The notes under the pieces are model-generated. The model did no database searches. It saw only the letters and a list, made by a program, of their open reading frames with translations, and was not told the origin of the DNA. A program made the translations under genes and the position numbers. Below, one piece after another: positions 24,740 to 30,589 of a stretch of DNA of 30,589 nucleotides. The DNA is taken from assembly GCA_018818445.1 (NCBI GenBank), contig JAHISC010000083.1:1-30589 (forward strand), written 5' to 3'. Position 1 is the stretch's first letter. The number at the start of each line of letters is the position of its first letter. This DNA comes from Patescibacteria group bacterium. Lineage in GTDB: Bacteria; Patescibacteriota; Patescibacteriia; UBA9934.

Positions 24740-26200
24740 ATGTTTCATCCAGATGAGAAGCGGCCGAAAGTGGGGGTGGCAGCAGTAATTATTAAGGAGG
24801 GAAAGGTGCTCATGGGGCAGCGATTGAATGCTCATGGAGCCGATATGTGGAGTTTTCCAAGTGGACACTTAGAGTGGAATGAAAGTTGGGAAGAGTGTGC
24901 GATACGCGAAACTCAAGAGGAGGCGGGCGTGGAGATAAGAAACGTCCGTTTTTTGACTGCTACAAATGATGTTATGTATGCGGATAGTACGCACTACATT
25001 ACCATTTTTATGCTGGCTGATTGGGCAGATAAGGAGCCACAGGTTACAGAACCGGACAAAATGGTTAACTGGCGCTGGTTTGATTGGGACGATTTGCCCG
25101 AGCCCTTGTTTTACTCAGTGGCGAATTTGATTGATTCCGGAGTCTCACCATTGCCAGATGCTTTAGCTCAACAAGAACGTCAAATCGTGAATGCTACAAA
25201 AGAGTATGTTAGCGCTCGGTTAACAGGTGAATCTTCAGGCCATGATTGGTGGCACAGTTATCGAGTTTGGAAAATTACCAAGCAAATAATAAAACACGAG
25301 GAGTGCGATCAGTTTGTTGCAGAGCTAGCTGCTTTGTTGCACGATATTTCTGATTACAAATTGAATGGTGGAGACATGGATGCGGGCCCTGATTTAGCTA
25401 AAGAATGGCTGGAACATCAAAAGGTTGAGAGTATCAGAATTAATCAGGTAGCAGAAATTATTCGTACCATGGCTTTTAAAGGCGCGGCTGAGGTCGATGA
25501 AATGAAGACAATTGAAGGAAAAATTGTACAAGATGCCGATCGACTGGAAGCGATTGGAGCAGTAGGAATTGCGCGTTGTTTTGCTTTTGGTGGAGCAGTT
25601 AACCAGACTTTGTATGATCCAAATATAAATCCCGCGCAGCAGCAAGATTTTATTGCCTATAAAAATAAGGGTAAAACTACATCAATTAATCATTTTTACG
25701 AAAAACTTCTATTAGTTAAAGACAGAATGAAGACCGAAACTGGAAAAAGACTGGCACAAGATCGTCACCAGTTCATGGAAGCATTCTTGGAGCAGTTTTA
25801 TATGGAAGTAACGGATGGCATGGATAAAAACACAGATAGCACGGATATAGGTACGGATTGCATAGATAAAGATAGACAGTTTCACGAAAGGCCCAATTAT
25901 GAAGCAAAATTAGTGCGTGATAAAATTCCTGAGATTATTGAAAGAAATGGTGAGCGACCAATGATCCGTATTGCCGACCAAGAAGAGTATCGAGATGTTT
26001 TGAAAGAAAAACTTCTTGAGGAGGCAGCAGAATTTAAGCGCGATGAAACGCCGGAAGAAATTGCTGATATTTTTGAAGTAATAGATGCGATTTGTAAAGA
26101 GTTTGGTTTTGCAAAGCCAATAGTTGAAAATTTACAACGCGAAAAAAAAGAAAAACGTGGCGGTTTTGAGGAAAAGATTATTTTGGAGGATGTAGAATAA
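24740..26200 (+). CDS. Triple fusion: NUDIX hydrolase + HD-domain phosphohydrolase + MazG-like NTP pyrophosphohydrolase
   Basis: Nudix box G42-x5-E-x7-RETQEEAG; GHDWWH, LLHD, QDADRL (YpgQ/YedJ-type HD); KLVRDKIPEII, KLLEEAAE, EEIADIFE (MazG-like). Confidence 0.88.
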   Translation: MFHPDEKRPKVGVAAVIIKEGKVLMGQRLNAHGADMWSFPSGHLEWNESWEECAIRETQEEAGVEIRNVRFLTATNDVMYADSTHYITIFMLADWADKEPQVTEPDKMVNWRWFDWDDLPEPLFYSVANLIDSGVSPLPDALAQQERQIVNATKEYVSARLTGESSGHDWWHSYRVWKITKQIIKHEECDQFVAELAALLHDISDYKLNGGDMDAGPDLAKEWLEHQKVESIRINQVAEIIRTMAFKGAAEVDEMKTIEGKIVQDADRLEAIGAVGIARCFAFGGAVNQTLYDPNINPAQQQDFIAYKNKGKTTSINHFYEKLLLVKDRMKTETGKRLAQDRHQFMEAFLEQFYMEVTDGMDKNTDSTDIGTDCIDKDRQFHERPNYEAKLVRDKIPEIIERNGERPMIRIADQEEYRDVLKEKLLEEAAEFKRDETPEEIADIFEVIDAICKEFGFAKPIVENLQREKKEKRGGFEEKIILEDVE

Positions 26201-26221
26201 AAGAAAGCCCGGAGGATTTCT

Positions 26222-27352
26222 TTATTTTTTAACAAGTTTTGTTACTAGTTCAACATGCGGTGTGTGTGGGAACATATCAATAGCTCGAATAGCCTCCACT
26301 TGATAAAATTCTTGTAATTGGACTAGCTCGCGAGCAAAGTTTTTGTAGTTGCAAGAAACGTAAACGATTGTAGCTGGCTTAGCTTCAAGGATGTCGGCCA
26401 GAGCTTTATCGTGCATGCCGCTGCGAGGCGGATCGAGAATGACTACATCGGCTCCAATTGACTGCCAGTCAAATTCTTCAGTTTTAGCATCATGAAACTC
26501 GATGTTTACAGCATTGAGTTCAGCATTAACTCGCGCGTCGCGGATCGCTTCTGGTACCAACTCTACACCGACCGTTTGAGCTGCTTCAGGAGCAAGTGCG
26601 ATTGAGAAAAAACCAGAGCCACAATAAAGGTCGAGCAAAGTTTTTTCACTCAAGTCACCACAAAACTCACGAACTGTTTGTAATAACAACTCGGCGCCAG
26701 CGGAGTTTGTTTGGAAAAAAGCGTTGGGTGTGATGCGGTAGGTGTGGCCGTCAATAAGTTCTTCAATAAATCCAGAGCCGCAAATTACGCGTAATTCATC
26801 GCCAAAAGAGACGTCGGTAACGGTATGATTTATGGACCAAATTAGAGTTGTTGGTTGAGTAATTTCAGCGAGTTGTTCGAGAGAGGCTTGTACGGCTAAT
26901 TCTTCGATTTTATCGACTGGAGCACTACTTACGACGGTGATCATGCTTTCACCTTTTTTTGTCGCCCGAATTACAGCATACCGTAAAAGTCCGGTATGAG
27001 CTTTGCGATCATAAAATGATAAACCAGCAGACTTTGTCCAGTCGCGTACTTGGTGAAAAAGTTCTTCAATTTTTTCGTCTGCCAAAAAGCAGGTGTGATC
27101 ATCGATTACCTTCCACCACTTACCTTTTTCACGCATGCCAACTCTTCCTTCAAAATCAATCACAAAGTCCATGCGGTTACGATAGTGATCAGTGACTGGT
27201 GCCGCTACAATTTCTTTAACTCGCGTATCCAACTTTTTCAACTTAAAAGAACCGTTGATGTCACTCAATTTTTGATCAAGTTGTTTTTGGTATGGAATAT
27301 GTGACCAGCCACAAGAGCCACAGAGTTCTTTGTTGGGACAGAGGTCTTTCAT
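26222..27352 (-). CDS. rlmD: 23S rRNA (uracil-C5)-methyltransferase, RlmD/TrmA family, without TRAM domain
   Basis: CxxxxxCGSC cluster motif, YRNRM, FFQTN, LDLYCGSG, LDPPRSG, YVSCN, DMFPHTPHVE. Confidence 0.88.
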   Translation of the reverse strand: MKDLCPNKELCGSCGWSHIPYQKQLDQKLSDINGSFKLKKLDTRVKEIVAAPVTDHYRNRMDFVIDFEGRVGMREKGKWWKVIDDHTCFLADEKIEELFHQVRDWTKSAGLSFYDRKAHTGLLRYAVIRATKKGESMITVVSSAPVDKIEELAVQASLEQLAEITQPTTLIWSINHTVTDVSFGDELRVICGSGFIEELIDGHTYRITPNAFFQTNSAGAELLLQTVREFCGDLSEKTLLDLYCGSGFFSIALAPEAAQTVGVELVPEAIRDARVNAELNAVNIEFHDAKTEEFDWQSIGADVVILDPPRSGMHDKALADILEAKPATIVYVSCNYKNFARELVQLQEFYQVEAIRAIDMFPHTPHVELVTKLVKK

Positions 27353-27394
27353 AATGCTTGATCATAGTCACAATTTCGGGTATGGTCAAGTATT

Positions 27395-27841
27395 ATGATT
27401 ATCATCGCACACAATATTCGCAGCATGTATAACGTTGGTTCAATATTTCGTAATGCCGCCGCCTTTAATATAGAAAAGTTATATTTAACCGGAATTAGTG
27501 CAATTCCACCTAGAAAAGAGATCGCTAAGGTGGCACTGGGAGCGGTTGATTTAGTTAACTGGGAAGCAGGTGAGATCGAGGAAGTCATCACTCGGCTCAA
27601 AACTGAAGGTTATCATGTTTACGGTCTGGAACAGGGTAAAGGATCGATATCTCTGGACGTGGTTGTGGGTGGCTTACAAAATAAAAAAATTGCATTAGTT
27701 TTAGGAAATGAAGTTGAAGGTATTGATAAAGAGACTATTAAATTACTTGATGGTCTGATTGAAATTCCTATGGGCAAAAAACGCTCTCTCAATGTTTCTG
27801 TAGCGAGTGGAATTGCCATGTTTGTTTTGGGAAGTAAATAA
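27395..27841 (+). CDS. SpoU/TrmH-family RNA methyltransferase
   Basis: NIRSMYNVGSIFR, LVLGNEVEG, SLNVSVASGI. Confidence 0.9.
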   Translation: MIIIAHNIRSMYNVGSIFRNAAAFNIEKLYLTGISAIPPRKEIAKVALGAVDLVNWEAGEIEEVITRLKTEGYHVYGLEQGKGSISLDVVVGGLQNKKIALVLGNEVEGIDKETIKLLDGLIEIPMGKKRSLNVSVASGIAMFVLGSK

Positions 27842-27912
27842 GTTTTTATACACCACAGCTCAACAACTCCAGAACTAAATAACTCCTAACTTGTGCTATA
27901 ATAACAAAAGGT

Positions 27913-28638
27913 ATGACACTATCAATTGTTATTCCAACAAAAAACGAAGAGACATGTCTTCCACAGCTTTTTAGTTCTATCAAACTACAGAGCCTACAAC
28001 CAGATCAAGTTATAATTGCTGATGCTCAATCAGACGACGAAACTCGTTGTGTGGCAGAGCAGTTTGGTGCGATTATAGTTAATGGTGGCATGCCAGGGGA
28101 GGGAAGAAACCTTGGGGCTGCAGTTGCGACTTCGGAGCTGATTCTTTTTCTTGATGCTGACGTTGTTTTGGAAGACAAACAATTACTACAAAAAGCTGTA
28201 GGTGAATTTGAGCAAAAGAATCTAGACATTGCTACGGCCGATATACTACCAATTGCTGGAAACTTGTACGACCAATTCTCGCATGAGGTGTATAATTTGT
28301 ATGTACGTCTTTGGGGAAAAACTCATCCACATGCACCTGGTTTTTTCATCCTAGTGAAACGCTCACTGCATAAGCAAATTAATGGTTTTGATGAAACAGT
28401 TGTATTTGCTGAAGATCATGATTATGTGCGACGTGCAGGTAAGGTTGGCAAATTTGGTTTTTTGGACAGTGTTAAGATATCAGTTTCAGTGCGACGGCAA
28501 GATCGTGACGGTAGATTATCCATGGGTGTTAAGTATGTGCTGGCTGAATTGCACATTTTGTTCATAGGGCCAATTAGACATAATAAATTTAATTATACTT
28601 TTGGTCATCCAAAGAAAGATTATGCAGGAGAAGAATAA
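27913..28638 (+). CDS. Glycosyltransferase family 2
   Basis: SIVIPTKNEE, ADAQSDD, GRNLGA, FLDAD, GFDE, AEDHD; extended -10 TGcTATAAT at 27894-27902. Confidence 0.9.
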   Translation: MTLSIVIPTKNEETCLPQLFSSIKLQSLQPDQVIIADAQSDDETRCVAEQFGAIIVNGGMPGEGRNLGAAVATSELILFLDADVVLEDKQLLQKAVGEFEQKNLDIATADILPIAGNLYDQFSHEVYNLYVRLWGKTHPHAPGFFILVKRSLHKQINGFDETVVFAEDHDYVRRAGKVGKFGFLDSVKISVSVRRQDRDGRLSMGVKYVLAELHILFIGPIRHNKFNYTFGHPKKDYAGEE

Positions 28639-29302
28639 ACTTTTTGATCCAAGTGTTGTTGATCATACAGCTGTGATCATACATTTGGTTTCGGAAAGTT
28701 CACCTCGAAAAGTTTTTTTGATGATGGTAATAATTTCGAGCATTATCGCTACACTTGGTTTACTTAATAATAATTTAGCCATCGTCATCGGCGCCATGTT
28801 AGTTGCTCCATTACTTTGGCCAATTTTGGGTATTAGCATGGGTTTGCTGGTTCGTGATTTCAGAATGATTAAGCTAGCGGTTATCAGTATTTTTCTGGCA
28901 TTAGTACTAGCTATCGGTACTGCAATGTTGATTACTTTCTTATATATTCCTCTTGGTGCCACACATAGTATCTTCAACTATGCTAACTATGGGTTTATGT
29001 TGCCGGTGTCTATTGCAGCCGGAGCCGCAGCCGCTTTTGCAGTTTCCTATACGAGCATCAAAGAAACTGTAGCCGGTGTAGCTATTACCGTAGCTTTACT
29101 TCCGCCAATAGTAAGTATAGGCATTGGTCTTGGAGCAACGAATTGGGATTTATTATTTGACTCAGTTAAGATTTTTGCTATTAACCTCACTGGTATTATT
29201 ACTACTACATTTTTTGTTTTTTTAGCTTTAGGATTTCATAAATATACACGATCCGCTGAAACTGCGGCAGTAAAGGAAGAGAAGATTTTGAAAAATTCGT
29301 AA
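28622..29302 (+). CDS. DUF389/TIGR00341-family membrane protein
   Basis: IATLGLL, IGAMLVAPLL, GVAITVALLPP, FAINL. Confidence 0.85.
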   Translation: MQEKNKLFDPSVVDHTAVIIHLVSESSPRKVFLMMVIISSIIATLGLLNNNLAIVIGAMLVAPLLWPILGISMGLLVRDFRMIKLAVISIFLALVLAIGTAMLITFLYIPLGATHSIFNYANYGFMLPVSIAAGAAAAFAVSYTSIKETVAGVAITVALLPPIVSIGIGLGATNWDLLFDSVKIFAINLTGIITTTFFVFLALGFHKYTRSAETAAVKEEKILKNS

Positions 29303-29317
29303 ATAATTAAGGAGGGT

Positions 29318-30232
29318 ATGCGTCACAAACCGATTAAAGGCAAGACATTTACATGGCATCATTTTAGCGATCTTGATGAGCTAGATTTTGACTTCATGCA
29401 CAAAAATTTCCAATTTCATCCTCTTGATTTTGATGACTTGCGTGAAGCTGTTGAACTTCCAAAGGTTGATGTTTATAAGCATTATGTTTTTGCAGTTTTT
29501 GTTGTGCCGGTTTTAGACAAGAATGGCAATCGAGTTGGCAAAACGAATTTACCGGTATTTATTGGTAAAGATTACATAGTTACTGCAACTCTCAAACCAA
29601 TCGACTCAGTAGAGCGTATCTTTGTTAGAATGCAACGGAATCGTAGCTTGAAACAAGAGGCCATGAATAAATCTACGGGTTTCTTTTTGTACAAATTACT
29701 CGATTATGTTTTTAGAGATGTGAATGTTGTTTTGCAAGAGTTAGTAAAGGAGACTCAGAATATGGAAAAGCTGGTTTATGATAAGCGCACTGACGTCACA
29801 ACTAAACGTCTCGGGATCCTTAGAGGAAATATTTTATACTTTAATCATTTAGTTGATCCGCAAAGAATTCTGTTAGCTCATTTCATGAACGCCAAAAAGA
29901 CTTTTTTTGGAAGAGATCTTGATCCGTATTTCGATGACATAAAAGATACGTTGGACGCTCAATGGATTGTCAGCAATAACCTACGTGGAATGGTAGATGG
30001 TCTGTTTAGTGTCAATGAAGCATTTCTAACCCACAAAACAAACAAGATCATTCGCATTCTTACGATTATTTCTGTTGTTTTGATGCCACCAACTTTAATC
30101 AGCAGTTATTATGGCATGAATGTTAACGGTTTGCCTTACGCGCATGATATCGGAATCGTCTCTGCTATTGTTATATTTTCTTTGTTAGTATTTTTAATTT
30201 TTGTTTTCTATCTTGATAAGAAGCGTGATTAA
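29318..30232 (+). CDS. corA: CorA-family Mg2+/Co2+ transporter
   Basis: FHPLDFDD, NKIIRILT, PPTLISSYYGMN signature; SD AAGGAGG at 29309-29315. Confidence 0.92.
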   Translation: MRHKPIKGKTFTWHHFSDLDELDFDFMHKNFQFHPLDFDDLREAVELPKVDVYKHYVFAVFVVPVLDKNGNRVGKTNLPVFIGKDYIVTATLKPIDSVERIFVRMQRNRSLKQEAMNKSTGFFLYKLLDYVFRDVNVVLQELVKETQNMEKLVYDKRTDVTTKRLGILRGNILYFNHLVDPQRILLAHFMNAKKTFFGRDLDPYFDDIKDTLDAQWIVSNNLRGMVDGLFSVNEAFLTHKTNKIIRILTIISVVLMPPTLISSYYGMNVNGLPYAHDIGIVSAIVIFSLLVFLIFVFYLDKKRD

Positions 30233-30233
30233 T

Positions 30234-30589
30234 ATGCGCCCAATTCCAGTCGACGTTATTCCATCACACATATATTTATCGCAAGAGGATCAGGCGACTT
30301 TGTTTGGTATTGGTAGGCCAATGACGATTTTTAAAGAGCACTCGCAGGCCGGCCAACTGGTGTATGAAGAAACTTTAGAGGTTCAGGGTGGACTTAAACG
30401 AGTTTTACAATTGCGAATAATGGGTCCTAATTGGGAGCAGAGTCAAGTTTATTTGACACCAACCGAGGCAATTTATTTGGGACTAAAATTGCAAGACGAA
30501 TCTAGAGCCGGCGACTTATCGCAAGCTGCTGCTTGTACGTTGTTTGGTCCTAAAGACAAAGTTTTTCTTAAAAATGGCGCAATAATTCC
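30234..30589 (+). CDS. PduL-like phosphate acyltransferase homolog, 3'-truncated by the window edge (not in the ORF track)
   Basis: Hand translation MRPIPVDVIPSHIYLSQEDQATLFG...HSQAGQLVYEETL...RIMGPNWEQSQVYLTPTEA...AGDL...LFGPKD...GAIIP follows the PduL N-terminal pattern; no stop before the edge. Confidence 0.75.
   Translation, partial: MRPIPVDVIPSHIYLSQEDQATLFGIGRPMTIFKEHSQAGQLVYEETLEVQGGLKRVLQLRIMGPNWEQSQVYLTPTEAIYLGLKLQDESRAGDLSQAAACTLFGPKDKVFLKNGAII

Noticed and set aside
1518-28977. Numerous short antisense or alternate-frame ORFs in the track (e.g. 5507-5836, 6970-7341, 11193-11468, 14540-14827, 23807-24121, 25897-26235, 28663-28977)
   Set aside because: They overlap well-supported genes and show no recognisable motifs.

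Overview
A gene-dense, AT-rich bacterial chromosome segment using genetic code 11 (TGA is a stop). The compact genes, short leaders and salvage-type gene content suggest a Patescibacteria/CPR (Parcubacteria-like) genome; this is inference, not a database result. Genes include a class II B12-dependent ribonucleotide reductase (nrdJ, with tandem NrdR boxes), a cobalamin adenosyltransferase, ftsI-like PBP, murF, cytidine deaminase, glmS, riboflavin kinase, a RimK-family ligase, dusB, VKOR plus thioredoxin, a beta-CASP RNase, era, a CYTH protein, a CPA2 antiporter, rlmD, a SpoU methyltransferase, a GT2, DUF389, corA and a truncated PduL-like gene absent from the ORF track. I found no rRNA, tRNA, CRISPR array or transposase. 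Main unexplained signals: (1) two stand-alone wHTH + Cas2/PaaX-like genes, each bracketed on both sides by palindromes sharing the core TCCG-RY-CGGA, one of them a perfect 46-bp palindrome; (2) a composite motif in which an 11-bp palindrome AARCTWAGYTT sits exactly 2 nt from a perfect DnaA box, found upstream of ftsI-murF and twice in a convergent intergenic region at 19.6 kb; (3) a NUDIX-HD-MazG-like triple fusion; (4) a GC-rich orphan gene with its own promoter, SD and hairpin. All protein calls come from motif recognition by eye, and coordinates were counted by hand.
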